Positions 47,872-58,079 are shown, counted from the stretch's first letter. The stretch: 64,000 nt of DNA from an uncultured Armatimonadetes bacterium (GCA_963716175.1 OY970296.1:1344001-1408000); one strand, 5' to 3'. Notes: generated from the sequence alone by a model not told the origin. A program made the numbers and translations.

Positions 47872-49215
47872 ATGACCACCGACGAACTGCTCGCGCTGTT
47901 GGTCCAGGCCTTCTCCGACTGCCAGTTGTTTCTGGTCGGGGGCAGCCTGCGGGATCAGCTCCTGGGCCGGGAGGCGAAGGACCTGGACATTGCCACGGAC
48001 GCGCGCCCAGGTGAGATCCGCCGGCGGGTGAGCCCCTGGGCGGACGCGGTGTGGTATGCGGGTGAGAAGTTCGGCACCGTCGGGATCGGCAAGGAGGGCC
48101 TGAGGGTCGAGATTACCACCTTCCGCGCTGATACCTATGACGGGGTTTCTCGCAAGCCTCGCGTTTCCTTCGGCCGGGACATCATGGCCGATCTGGCGCG
48201 GCGGGATTTCACGATCAACGCCACCGCCCGCAACTTGCATACCGGAGAGCTGCTCGACCCGTTCCACGGGGAGCGGGACCTGAGGCGCCAGCTCGTGCGC
48301 TTCGTCGGCGAGGCGCCGGCCCGGATTGCGGAGGACCCGCTGCGCATGCTGCGGGCGGTGCGGTTCTGCGCGCAGCTGGGTTTTGAGCTCGATCCCGGGG
48401 CGGCGGCGGCCATCGCCCAGGCCGCGGGCGAGCTAAGCCGCATCTCGTGGGAGCGCATCCGCGATGAGCTGGACGGGATCATGCTCTCAGCTCACCCGCG
48501 GGAGGGGCTGCGGCTGATGATCGAGCTGAGCCTGGCGCGACAGGCGCTGCCGGAACTGCTGGCCCTGCATCTACCTGAACCCGGCCGCCATCACATGAAG
48601 GATGTGCTGGACCACACCCTGGACGCGGTGCAATTCATCGCGGCCGAGAAGGCGCTGCGCTATGCCGCCTTACTGCACGATATCGCCAAACCGGAGACCT
48701 ATAGCCACGACGAGACCGGGGTCCACTTCTACCGGCATGAGAAGATCGGCAGCGAGGGAGCGCGCGCCATTCTGACCCGGCTGCGCCAGCCGGCCGCCTT
48801 CATCGAGCAGGTGGCGAAGCTGGTGAGCGAGCACCTGCGCATCCCCTACTACAGCTCGGAGTGGGGCCAGTCCGCGGTGCGGCGGCTGATGTTCGAGCTG
48901 GGGGATCAGTTGGAGGACGCCATCGCGCTGGCGGAGGCGGATGTGCGGGCGAGCGATCCCGCGGACTACCCGGAGTTCCAGATGCGGCTTCAGGAGTTGC
49001 GGGCGCGCACCCAGGAGGTGGGCGGGGCGGCCGAGCTGGCGCGCATGAAGCCGCTGCTGAATGGGCGGGAGGTGATGGCCCTGCTGGGGATCGAGCCCGG
49101 TCCCAGGGTGGGCGAGGTGCTGCAGTTCCTGCTGGATCAGCAAGTCGAGGGCAAGATCAGGACGCGGGCGGAGGCGGAGGAGGCGGTGAGGGGGAGGTTT
49201 GAGGGGAAGGGCTAG
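47872..49215 (+). CDS. cca: CCA-adding/poly(A) polymerase family nucleotidyltransferase with HD domain
   Basis: VGGSLRD, DLDIAT, RRDFTINA, EDPLRMLR, LLHDIAKP. Confidence 0.85.
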   Translation: MTTDELLALLVQAFSDCQLFLVGGSLRDQLLGREAKDLDIATDARPGEIRRRVSPWADAVWYAGEKFGTVGIGKEGLRVEITTFRADTYDGVSRKPRVSFGRDIMADLARRDFTINATARNLHTGELLDPFHGERDLRRQLVRFVGEAPARIAEDPLRMLRAVRFCAQLGFELDPGAAAAIAQAAGELSRISWERIRDELDGIMLSAHPREGLRLMIELSLARQALPELLALHLPEPGRHHMKDVLDHTLDAVQFIAAEKALRYAALLHDIAKPETYSHDETGVHFYRHEKIGSEGARAILTRLRQPAAFIEQVAKLVSEHLRIPYYSSEWGQSAVRRLMFELGDQLEDAIALAEADVRASDPADYPEFQMRLQELRARTQEVGGAAELARMKPLLNGREVMALLGIEPGPRVGEVLQFLLDQQVEGKIRTRAEAEEAVRGRFEGKG

Positions 49216-49441
49216 CCGCAGATGAACCCGCCACACGGCCGGCGGGCAAGCGCGGATGAGCGCAGATAGGGCGGGCATGGGCATGCCCGCCCTACACGCG
49301 GGGAGGAGGGCGCCGGGTTTGGTGCAGTCGAAGGGGGAGGCATATCCTCCCCCTTCGATTCTTCCCCCTCCTCGTAACAGCCAACGGCCGGCAGGCATAG
49401 GGCCCTGCGAGAGGGTTCCTCCTGGGTCAGGAGGGATGCGG

Positions 49442-49618
49442 CTACTTCGCGGCCAGGGTTATCCCCAAGTAGTACGGCCAGATGATGAGCGCGAGGACGC
49501 CTTTCCAGAAGAACGGCAGATGAACGTACCCGATGGTGAACAGCCAGCCGATGGCCCAGATCGGACCTGACACGGAAGCGCTGCTTCCGTGGCCTCCACC
49601 GCCCTTGCTTTCCGCCAT
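49442..49618 (-). CDS. 58-aa small membrane protein (absent from the ORF track)
   Basis: MAESKGGGGH..IWAIGWLFTIGYVHLPFFWKGVLALIIWPYYLG; AGGAG RBS. Confidence 0.65.
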   Translation of the reverse strand: MAESKGGGGHGSSASVSGPIWAIGWLFTIGYVHLPFFWKGVLALIIWPYYLGITLAAK

Positions 49619-49649
49619 TTTGACGTCTCCTCTACGTCTTAGTGTCAGT

Positions 49650-51296
49650 TCAGCGCTTGAAGCGCCGGTTCAGGGCCAGTACGAACATCGCGATCAGTGA
49701 CGCTCCAATGATCCCCTCAGCCACTGACAAGTACTGCCCTGCGAGGTGCACAGGCCGGAATGGCTTGTCTGATCGGAGCAGCAGGCACATCGTCGAGTGC
49801 AGCAGGCCCTGCCAGAAACAAGGGACAGGCTGCGGCGTGCCCGCAGACGGGTTGGCCTGGAGGGCAAGAGGCGGAATGAAGACGAAGGCCGCTCCAAAGA
49901 CGCCGAGTACGCCGCCAATCCAGGCCAGCGGCAGCAGGTAGTCCTCCCCGTACCCGCTGATCCAACGATAGAGCGCGAGGAAGGACAGGTTGCGCTTGAG
50001 GAAGCGGAGGAGGCCGTTCTTCGGCGCGTGGGAGAGCCGCCGCATGTGCATCTCACCGAAATGGAAATCGCCCGCGGTGATGGGATCGCGCTGCTCCTCG
50101 TAGTTGTGCTTCAACTGCCGGTAGAGCTTGCCGATCAGGGCGTAGTCTTTCTCCTGGCCCTTCTCCTCTGGCCCCAGTTCATCCCAGAGTGCAAAGCGAC
50201 CGCGCGGCTTGAGGCGCGCCGGCCACCTGGCGCACACCCACGCCATGGGCCGGCTCAGCCGGCCTCCTCGCGCCATCAGGCGCTGCCACCTTGGACCCCA
50301 CAATGGCCGGCTCGCCCACTCCACATCAGTGAAATCCACGCGCCGCACATCGGCCCCGAGGAATCTGGCGCAGCCGAGGAAGACGTGCTGGAAGACGGCT
50401 ACCTCCGGCTGATGGAAGCTGGCCCCCTTGAGATCGGCCTCCGCTTTGCGAGAGAAGACCCACTGGTCCTCATATCCCTCGAAGCTCGCCTGGCCCGCGA
50501 ACGTGGAGCCCCGGAAGGCCGCCTGGCCCTGGAAGGTTGTTCCCACGAACCTCGCCTCGCGCTGGAATCTCGTCCCGCCGAAGTTCGCGTCGCCTTGGAA
50601 TCTCGCCAGAAAGAAGCCCGCGTCGCCCTGGAATCTCGTCCCGCCGAAGTTCGCGTCGCCTTGGAATCTCGCGTGGTGGAAGAACGCGCGGCCCTCGAAC
50701 CTCGCTCCAAAGAGGCTCGCGCCGCCCTGGAACCTGGCGGACGAAAACCCGGCCGCGCCCTGGAAGGTCGTCCCTCCGAAGTCCGCGCCGCCCTGGAACG
50801 TCGTCCGCCAGAAGATCGCGTTGCCGCTGAACGTCGCGAGCCAGAACGTCGCCGCGGCCTGGAACGTGGCTCCCTCGAAGGTCGCGGCGCGGTGGTACAG
50901 CATCTCGTCGAGGAACGCCTCGCCCCCGAACGTGGCTCCCTCGGAGCTCGCGCCGCCGTGGAACGTGGCTTCCTCGAAGCTCGCGCTGCCCTGGAACGTG
51001 GCTGCCTCGAAGCTCACGCTGCCCTGGAACATCGCGCGGTCGAGCCAGACCGGCCCCTCGAAGGTGTGACGGCTGAAACCTAGCCCATCCGGGAAAACAA
51101 ACCCGGTGAAGTCGTAGTGCTTGCGGGCCAGCATGGCTTCGATCTCGCGCTCAAAGGCCATCGCGTTCTTGTCGGGCTTCTCTGAGTGGCAGATGCACCG
51201 GCCCTGGTCGTCATACGTCTCTCGCCCGCACAGGCTGCCGTCGTGCATCGGCTGGATGCACTTGCCGCCAGCTTCCTGGGTTCGAGGCGCGGCCAT
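49650..51296 (-). CDS. Pentapeptide-repeat protein with N-terminal Cys/His cluster and C-terminal 2-TM region
   Basis: 11-aa FQGxAxFxxAT repeats; LYRQLKHNYE; SGYGE followed by hydrophobic helices. Confidence 0.8.
   Translation of the reverse strand: MAAPRTQEAGGKCIQPMHDGSLCGRETYDDQGRCICHSEKPDKNAMAFEREIEAMLARKHYDFTGFVFPDGLGFSRHTFEGPVWLDRAMFQGSVSFEAATFQGSASFEEATFHGGASSEGATFGGEAFLDEMLYHRAATFEGATFQAAATFWLATFSGNAIFWRTTFQGGADFGGTTFQGAAGFSSARFQGGASLFGARFEGRAFFHHARFQGDANFGGTRFQGDAGFFLARFQGDANFGGTRFQREARFVGTTFQGQAAFRGSTFAGQASFEGYEDQWVFSRKAEADLKGASFHQPEVAVFQHVFLGCARFLGADVRRVDFTDVEWASRPLWGPRWQRLMARGGRLSRPMAWVCARWPARLKPRGRFALWDELGPEEKGQEKDYALIGKLYRQLKHNYEEQRDPITAGDFHFGEMHMRRLSHAPKNGLLRFLKRNLSFLALYRWISGYGEDYLLPLAWIGGVLGVFGAAFVFIPPLALQANPSAGTPQPVPCFWQGLLHSTMCLLLRSDKPFRPVHLAGQYLSVAEGIIGASLIAMFVLALNRRFKR
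50562..50672. repeat. Exact 45-bp direct repeat (66-bp offset) inside the pentapeptide gene
   Basis: ctggaatctcgtcccgccgaagttcgcgtcgccttggaatctcgc at 50562 and 50628. Confidence 0.85.
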
Positions 51297-51509
51297 AGCT
51301 CTCTTCCCCTCTTCCGCTGCTCTCGGGAAGGCATTCGGTGAGTCGCCGCCAGGCCCCTACCTCCGCGCGGCCTGGGTGCCGTGCTTGTGGCGGGGCGGCA
51401 ACGGTCCGCCACACGGCCGACGGCCAGCGGCGGGCATGCAGAGACATGCCCGCCCTACAGAACCCCAACGAGCAAGCGCAACCTGGAGAAAGGGGTCAGA
51501 TCCTGATGG

Positions 51510-51538
51510 TTGCTAGCGGCAAACATGCGTGCTATACT
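51510..51538 (+). promoter_or_regulatory. Promoter of the helicase operon
   Basis: TTGCTA-17-TATACT with TG extension. Confidence 0.55.
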
Positions 51539-51571
51539 GCGGCCGTCTCGGATAAGGCAGGATGCGGTGCC

Positions 51572-54040
51572 ATGAACTTCGCTGAGTTCCTGGATCAGAT
51601 CGTGGCCGGCTCGCAGTATCGCGGGCAGATGGTGCACGTGCAGGAGATCCCGCCGCGGCCGGCGCGGTATGGGGCGCTGATGACGCCGCTGCCGGAGGCG
51701 CTGCGGCAGGCGCTGGCGCAGCTCGGCATCAGCCAGCTCTACTCGCACCAGGCGGAAGCGGTCGAGAACATCCGACACGGGAAGCATACCGCTATCGTCA
51801 CCTCCACCGCGAGCGGGAAGACCCTGTGCTACAACCTCCCGGTGCTGGAAGCGCTGCTGCGCGATCCGCAGGCGAAGGCGCTTTACCTCTTCCCCACCAA
51901 GGCGCTGGCTCAGGACCAAGTGCGGGGGCTGCGGAGGCTGGCCGACGCCCACCCGGACCTCGATGGCCTGGTGCGGTGCGGCACCTATGATGGCGACACC
52001 CCGGCCGCCACCCGTCGCAAGCTGCGCTACGAAGCCAATGTCATCATGTCGAACCCCGATATGCTGCACCAGGGAATCTTGCCCTACCACAGCCGCTGGG
52101 GGAGCTTCTTCTCCGATCTCAAGTACGTGGTGGTGGACGAGATTCATACCTACCGCGGCGTGTTCGGCTCCAATGTCGCGAATGTGCTGCGCCGGCTGAA
52201 CCGCATCTGCCGCCACTATGGATCCGAGCCCACCTATGTGCTGTGCTCGGCCACCATCGCGAATCCCAAGGAGCTGGCGGAGCGGCTGATCGGCCTGCCG
52301 GTGGAGCTGGTGGAGGACGATGGCTCGCCGAAGGGGCCCAAGCGATTCGCGCTGTGGAACCCGCCTTACCTGGACAGCGCGAAGATGGAGCGGCGCTCGA
52401 GCAATGAGGAGGCGCACGACCTGCTGGTCTCGCTGCTGCGGCAAGGAGTGCAGACCATCGCCTTCGCCCGCACCCGCATCGTGGCGGAGCTGCTCTATCG
52501 CTACACCGCGGAATCGCTGGAGAAGTTCAACCCTCTGCTCGCCGACGCGGTGCGGCCCTATCGCGCCGGCTATCTGCCGGAGGAGCGCAGGGAGATCGAG
52601 CGGCGGCTGTTCTCCGGGGAGCTGCTGGGAGTGACCAGCACCAATGCGCTGGAGCTGGGGATTGATGTCGGCAGCCTGGAGGCCTCGCTGATCGTGAGCT
52701 ACCCCGGCACCATCGCCTCCTTGTGGCAGCAGGCGGGGCGAGCGGGCCGCGGCACCGATGAGGCCCTGGTGGTGCTGGTCGCGTACAATGATCCGCTGGA
52801 TCAGTACCTGATGCAGAGGCCGGACTTCATCTTCGGCCGCTCGCCGGAGCACGCGGTGATTGACCCCGAGAACCCCTACATCCTGGCCGGGCACCTCAGG
52901 TGCGCGGCCTTCGAGCTGCCCCTGCGGGAGCAGGAGGGCGCGCTCTTCGGGGAGCACACCGTGCCGGTGGCCGAGATTCTGGAGGACGTAGGCCAGGTGA
53001 CGGAGATAGACCGGGCCTGGTATTGGGCGAGCACCGACTACCCCTCGGCCCAGATCAGCCTGCGGTGCGCCTCCGATGGCACCTATACCATCATGGACAT
53101 CTCCAACCGCAACCAGGTGATCGGCACCGTGGACGCGATCAGCGCGCCGGAGACGGTCTACCCGGGCGGCGTCTACCTGCATGACGGCGATACCTATCTG
53201 GTGCGGCGGCTCGATATCGAGGGCCGGGCCGCCTATGTGGAGCGGCAGGAGGTGGACTACTACACCCAGGCGATCCTGGACTCGAGCATCCGGGCCGGCG
53301 AGGTGCGCGCGGAGAAGGAGTGGAAGAAGGGACGGCTGCGCTTCGGCGAGGCCACGGTGAGCTGGCGCACCACGGCCTTCAAGAAGATCAAGTTCTATAG
53401 CCAGGAGAGCATTGGTTGGTCGGCGCTGGACCTGCCGGCCCAGCATCTGGAGACCGCGGCCTGCTGGTTCACCCCACCGCAGGAGGCGCTGGAGCTGGTC
53501 GCCGGGCATGGGCTGAAGCCGATCGAGGGGCTGGTGGGGATTCGGAATGTGGCGGTGAACATGCTGCCTCTGCTGGCGATGTGCGACCGGCTGGATGTGG
53601 GAGGGATCGTGGATTCGAGCAACACCGGTAGCCCTACTGTTTTCCTCTATGATCGCTATCCCGGTGGCATGGGGTTCGCGGAGAAGGGATACGAGCTGTT
53701 CGCGGAGCTGATGGAGCATTGCCTGGCCACGATCGAGAGCTGCCCGTGCGAGGGGGGCTGTCCCTCCTGCGTCGGGCTGCCGGTGACCCGGCCCCCACAG
53801 CAGATGGACCCCGATCTGGGGCATGGGTATCCGATCCCGGATAAGGAGGCGGCGCTGGTGCTGCTGCACCATCTGCTGGAACGGGAACCGTATCAGCCCC
53901 GCCGGCGGCGCCGCCCCCGCAAGGCCGCGCCCGTAGTGGAAGCCCCGCGGGCCGCGGCGGAAGCGCCGGCCGCGGTCTCGGTGGCCGAGCAAGTGGCGCG
54001 TCGGCTGCGGGAGGGAAGAAGGCCGCGGTTGGGGCTGTGA
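51572..54040 (+). CDS. mrfA: SF2 helicase with DUF1998 Zn domain (MrfA/YprA/SftH/Hrq1 family)
   Basis: TASGKT, PTKALAQDQ, DEIH, QQAGRAGR, YDRYPGG, CPCEGGCPSC. Confidence 0.85.
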   Translation: MNFAEFLDQIVAGSQYRGQMVHVQEIPPRPARYGALMTPLPEALRQALAQLGISQLYSHQAEAVENIRHGKHTAIVTSTASGKTLCYNLPVLEALLRDPQAKALYLFPTKALAQDQVRGLRRLADAHPDLDGLVRCGTYDGDTPAATRRKLRYEANVIMSNPDMLHQGILPYHSRWGSFFSDLKYVVVDEIHTYRGVFGSNVANVLRRLNRICRHYGSEPTYVLCSATIANPKELAERLIGLPVELVEDDGSPKGPKRFALWNPPYLDSAKMERRSSNEEAHDLLVSLLRQGVQTIAFARTRIVAELLYRYTAESLEKFNPLLADAVRPYRAGYLPEERREIERRLFSGELLGVTSTNALELGIDVGSLEASLIVSYPGTIASLWQQAGRAGRGTDEALVVLVAYNDPLDQYLMQRPDFIFGRSPEHAVIDPENPYILAGHLRCAAFELPLREQEGALFGEHTVPVAEILEDVGQVTEIDRAWYWASTDYPSAQISLRCASDGTYTIMDISNRNQVIGTVDAISAPETVYPGGVYLHDGDTYLVRRLDIEGRAAYVERQEVDYYTQAILDSSIRAGEVRAEKEWKKGRLRFGEATVSWRTTAFKKIKFYSQESIGWSALDLPAQHLETAACWFTPPQEALELVAGHGLKPIEGLVGIRNVAVNMLPLLAMCDRLDVGGIVDSSNTGSPTVFLYDRYPGGMGFAEKGYELFAELMEHCLATIESCPCEGGCPSCVGLPVTRPPQQMDPDLGHGYPIPDKEAALVLLHHLLEREPYQPRRRRRPRKAAPVVEAPRAAAEAPAAVSVAEQVARRLREGRRPRLGL

Positions 54041-54174
54041 AGGGGGCAAGAGACACTCTTCTGCCCTACGGACCGCGGAACTGCCCCACCCTTGCAGACC
54101 GCGCAAGGGTGGGCTACTGTCTCTGCCTTGACGCTGCTGGCCTGCGAGGATAAACTGAGGCCACCGAGGCAAGG

Positions 54175-55029
54175 ATGCTCTCTGAGGCCCTGAAGGAACG
54201 GCTTTCGTCTCTTCGCCGGGGGCAGACGCAGCCCAGCCGGGCGCGGGCGCGCCCGGCGCGCACCACGCAGTTGGCGGACTGCTTTCCCGAGGGCGCGGCC
54301 CGCAGCACCCGCTACGGCGAAGTGTTCGTGTGTGAGCTGGCGCTGCGCGAGGCCTACTCCGACGCGGCCCGGCTCACCGACGCCTATCTCGCCGCCTTCG
54401 AGGAGGGCCATCGGCGGCCGGACAAGAGCGGGGCGGGCTCCTACCTAGAACTGCTGCGGGCGGCGAGCCCGGCGGGCACGGTGCTGATTGACACCGAGAC
54501 TGCGGGCCTGCACGGCCGGCCCCTTTTCCTGATCGGCCTGGTGCGGTGGCAGGGCGAGGAGCTGGTGCTGACCCAGTACTTCGCCCAGGACTACTCCCGG
54601 GAGCCGGCGGTGCTGGGGCAGTTGGCGGAGCTGCTTCCCGGGATCGAGCTGCTAGTCTCGTTCAATGGAAAGGCCTTCGACTGGCCCCTGGTGAGGGATC
54701 GCATGACCTACCACCGGCTGCGCTGCCGGCCGGCCTTCGCCCATCTCGACCTGCTGCACCCCTCCCGCAGGCGGTGGCGGGCGCAGTTGCCCAACTGCAA
54801 GCTCCCCACCCTCGAGCAGTATCTCTGCGGGCGGTGGCGGAGCGGGGACATCCCGTCTCACGAGATCCCGCAGCGCTATCACGACTTCGTGCGGGAACAG
54901 GACGCGCGTCTGATCGCGCCGGTGTTCCACCACAATCGCCTGGACCTGATCACCATGGTGGAACTGCTGGTCGCCCTGTCGGAGGGCAAGCAGCCCACCC
55001 ACAACCCCGCGTTGACCGGATGGAGATAG
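54175..55029 (+). CDS. mrfB: YprB/MrfB RNase H-like exonuclease
   Basis: IDTETAG, SFNGKAFDWP, HLDLLH, HNRLDL; synteny with the helicase. Confidence 0.82.
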   Translation: MLSEALKERLSSLRRGQTQPSRARARPARTTQLADCFPEGAARSTRYGEVFVCELALREAYSDAARLTDAYLAAFEEGHRRPDKSGAGSYLELLRAASPAGTVLIDTETAGLHGRPLFLIGLVRWQGEELVLTQYFAQDYSREPAVLGQLAELLPGIELLVSFNGKAFDWPLVRDRMTYHRLRCRPAFAHLDLLHPSRRRWRAQLPNCKLPTLEQYLCGRWRSGDIPSHEIPQRYHDFVREQDARLIAPVFHHNRLDLITMVELLVALSEGKQPTHNPALTGWR

Positions 55030-55032
55030 CCT

Positions 55033-55953
55033 ATGTCCGAACGTGATTCCCGACCACAACCATCGGCAAACCAAAGGCCGATCACCTACTACGATGTGCT
55101 GGACCTGGACCGCGACGCCACCCCCGAGGAGATCAAGGCCGCCTACTACGAACTGGCCAGGCAGTATCACCCGGATGTCGCCTCCGAGGATCCGGAGGTG
55201 GCGCAGAAGTTCGCGCTGATCAGCGCCGCCTATCGGGTGCTGAGCGATCAGCAGCGGCGCTATCAGTACGACCGCAGCCTCCCAAAGAAGAGCTATCCCC
55301 TGCGCCATCCCACGCCGCAGAAGATCTGGCGGGAGGCCACCGAGGTGGTCTTGATCCGCTCGGATCGGTTCGGGCCTCTCAACCAGGCGATGCAGGCGGT
55401 CGTGCCTATCACCCTGGACGGCGACCTGCTGGTGCTGACTATCCCTGGAAGCGAGCGCCATCTAGCCGGCCACCTGGAGACGGCGGCCAATCGTAACTCC
55501 ATCTGGAACGCGCTGGAGCTGGTCTACGGGCAGAGAATCACGTTCCGGATGATTGATGGGGTGACCGAGGAGGATTGGCAGGCGCTCAAGCAAGCGGAGG
55601 CGAGAGCGAGGGGTAGAGCGACTGCCGCCGGGGCCGAGCAGGCCACCCCGGGCTCCTCGGTTCGCGCGGCGCCCGGCGAGGGTTCCTGGGATGAGCTGAT
55701 CCAGCGCATGCACCGCCAGTATCAGCAGCTCGCAAGGCGCCAGTACCCCCAGTCCAAGGCGCGCTATCTGCGGGAGGCCTTGGGATGGATCGCGCGCACC
55801 GACGAGGAGCTGCGCTACGCCTCCGAGGGGAACGAGGATGCCCACGATCGTCTCCTGGCGCGCGCCATCGAGCGCCTGGCGGCTATCGTGGAGCTGTCCC
55901 CGGTGCTGATAGCGCTGGAGCTGGAGGCGCTGAAACGGGCGGGCGAGGTGTAG
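55033..55953 (+). CDS. J-domain protein
   Basis: YYDVLDL..EIKAAYYELARQYHPD..AYRVLSD..RYQYD. Confidence 0.85.
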   Translation: MSERDSRPQPSANQRPITYYDVLDLDRDATPEEIKAAYYELARQYHPDVASEDPEVAQKFALISAAYRVLSDQQRRYQYDRSLPKKSYPLRHPTPQKIWREATEVVLIRSDRFGPLNQAMQAVVPITLDGDLLVLTIPGSERHLAGHLETAANRNSIWNALELVYGQRITFRMIDGVTEEDWQALKQAEARARGRATAAGAEQATPGSSVRAAPGEGSWDELIQRMHRQYQQLARRQYPQSKARYLREALGWIARTDEELRYASEGNEDAHDRLLARAIERLAAIVELSPVLIALELEALKRAGEV

Positions 55954-55958
55954 CCGCG

Positions 55959-56651
55959 GTGGGCGGGGGGCGCTTGCTCGCCCTGCTGGCCGAGAGGCCG
56001 CGGCTGATCGTCAGCCTACCGGCCAACTCGCCCGACCTGGCGCGAGCGGCTGCGGAAGGGGGCGCGGACGCGCTGAAGGTCCATCTCCACGTGCGGCACG
56101 AGGCCTCCGGCACCCAGTTCGGCGACTTGCGGCAAGAGCGCGCCGCGCTGGAGCAGATCCTCTCACTGGGGCTTCCCACCGGCGTCGTACCCGGAGCCGG
56201 CGATCAGCTCCCAACCCCTGAGGAGATGCGCGAGCTGGCGGCAATGGGGATGGACTTCTTCGACCTCTACGCCCACGACATGCCGGCGTGGCTGGTGGGG
56301 TTCGAGGGTATGACGCGGGCGATCGCGGTAGACGAGCGGTGGGATGGGGAGAGCCTGTCGCACTACGCCGCCCTCGGCTTCGAGCTGATCGAGGCCGCGG
56401 TGGTGCCGCACGAGGGCTATGGCAAGCCGCTTTCCGTCTCCGACCTGGCCGCCTATCGTCGCCTGCGCCAGGCCACCAACCTGCCGATCATCCTGCCCAC
56501 CCAGCGCGCGATCCGGGCCGAAGAAGTGCCTCTGCTAGTCGGCCCCATCGGCCTCAATGCCATCATGATCGGCGTGATCGTGATGGGGCGGGAGCCGGAG
56601 AGCGTGCGGGCGGCGACGAAGCAGTTCGCAGCGGCGCTGGGCGCGGGTTGA
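55959..56651 (+). CDS. Hypothetical protein, probable TIM barrel
   Basis: LIVSLPANS..GGADALKVH; alternating beta/alpha pattern; operonic spacing. Confidence 0.6.
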   Translation: MGGGRLLALLAERPRLIVSLPANSPDLARAAAEGGADALKVHLHVRHEASGTQFGDLRQERAALEQILSLGLPTGVVPGAGDQLPTPEEMRELAAMGMDFFDLYAHDMPAWLVGFEGMTRAIAVDERWDGESLSHYAALGFELIEAAVVPHEGYGKPLSVSDLAAYRRLRQATNLPIILPTQRAIRAEEVPLLVGPIGLNAIMIGVIVMGREPESVRAATKQFAAALGAG

Positions 56652-56840
56652 ACGGCCGCTGGTCAGCGAACCGGGGACGGGAGGAGTGGGCAGATAACGG
56701 CGGCTCTGCGATATGCCTACGCGATCGCTCTCGCTGTCTCCCTCCTGCGCTCCAACACTGGGCTCGGCTGACACAAGTTACACGGAGCACTAGTCTGGTG
56801 GTTGGCTTGGCACCACCCCGCGTGTGCTGGGGGACGAACG

Positions 56841-58079
56841 ATGATACCGCACGACTGGGCCTTTGAGTCCTGGGGCTGGGTAGCCCTTGTGATGCGCGGC
56901 GGCGACGGTGAACGCTGGTGGCACAGCAATGCGAAGGTAGCGATCCAGAACGCTGTGCTCCAGCATGTGGTTCGGCCAGCAGTATCGCCGAGGCGCTGGT
57001 TTTTCAGGCGCGAAGCGCTGGAGCGCGATGTTGCACCTACGGACCTCTCCGGATCGCTGGGCCTATACGTGAAGCTCGACCCCCAGGTGGGGGATCCGGC
57101 AGAGGAACTCCGGCCGGTGCTTGGCGCGCTGGACAACGCAGGCCACAGAGTCCGAACAGTGCGGTTCTGGGACAGATGCTTCGGCCCTGGGTACGGTGGG
57201 CCTCTCGGTCATGCCGCGCTACGAGAGTTCTGCTGCGATGCCACAGAGGCTTTCCTCAGCCGTCTAGAGCCTCGGGATGTTGCTCCGATCCTGGAGGACT
57301 GGCGCAAAGAGGGAAACGCTTGCGACTGGGGTCTACGGCATTGGTTCTACTGGATCACGGCGGTCGGTGACCACGATCTGCTCCGTTCGCTCACCGAGCT
57401 GATCAGCCGCGTGGAAACCGTCTGTCACTGGCTCGAGACGCATCGCACATGGGTCGAACGAGAGCATAGCCAGTGGGACCGGAACCGTGACTGCCGGATC
57501 ACGATGTTCACCAAGGCTGTCAATGTCCTTAACAGCGTTCGCATCGGGCTAGGGCACGTTCGATTGGACATCGACAGGATGAACCACTTGGAGCTTCCCG
57601 CGGCCGGGCGCCTCGGCAGCGGCGATCTGCAGGAGTACCGTAGCTTTCTCGTGCTGGGCCTCGTCAACTTCATGCAGTGCGCGGTCGAGAGCTCCTTTCG
57701 GACATTCTTGCGCTCGGTTGACCCCGGCGCTTGCTCCGATGGCACCGACCCATCGTTCAAGAACATATACACTTGTCTCCTGAGCCAGCTCGGGTTGGCA
57801 GGGAAATGGGAGCCCTTACTCGAGCTCTGGCGCGAGCTGCGGAACACGGTCCACAATAACGGTATCTACCTGCCTGCGCCAAGGAAGGGACAGCAGCAGG
57901 ACACAGTCGTGGAGTTCGAAGGGTGCCCGTACAGATTCGAGGTTGGGAGGCGGCCGGAGTTCCTCGGCTGGGAGCTGTTGCTTCACTTGACGAGGAGAAC
58001 CGGAGAGATGATGCTGGATGTAGTGAAGTCCCAGGACGTGGCTGCGAAGAGCATCATCGAAGATCCGTCACCTCAGTGA
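56841..58079 (+). CDS. Foreign-looking hypothetical protein with candidate C-terminal HEPN-like domain
   Basis: AVESSFR helix and WRELRNTVHNNG; lower GC; start uncertain. Confidence 0.5.
   Translation: MIPHDWAFESWGWVALVMRGGDGERWWHSNAKVAIQNAVLQHVVRPAVSPRRWFFRREALERDVAPTDLSGSLGLYVKLDPQVGDPAEELRPVLGALDNAGHRVRTVRFWDRCFGPGYGGPLGHAALREFCCDATEAFLSRLEPRDVAPILEDWRKEGNACDWGLRHWFYWITAVGDHDLLRSLTELISRVETVCHWLETHRTWVEREHSQWDRNRDCRITMFTKAVNVLNSVRIGLGHVRLDIDRMNHLELPAAGRLGSGDLQEYRSFLVLGLVNFMQCAVESSFRTFLRSVDPGACSDGTDPSFKNIYTCLLSQLGLAGKWEPLLELWRELRNTVHNNGIYLPAPRKGQQQDTVVEFEGCPYRFEVGRRPEFLGWELLLHLTRRTGEMMLDVVKSQDVAAKSIIEDPSPQ

Noticed and set aside
51455-54172. Long antisense ORFs (905 aa here; also 58897-60843, 6727-8241, 33726-35159)
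   Set aside because: Shadow frames of well-supported high-GC genes with no recognisable motifs
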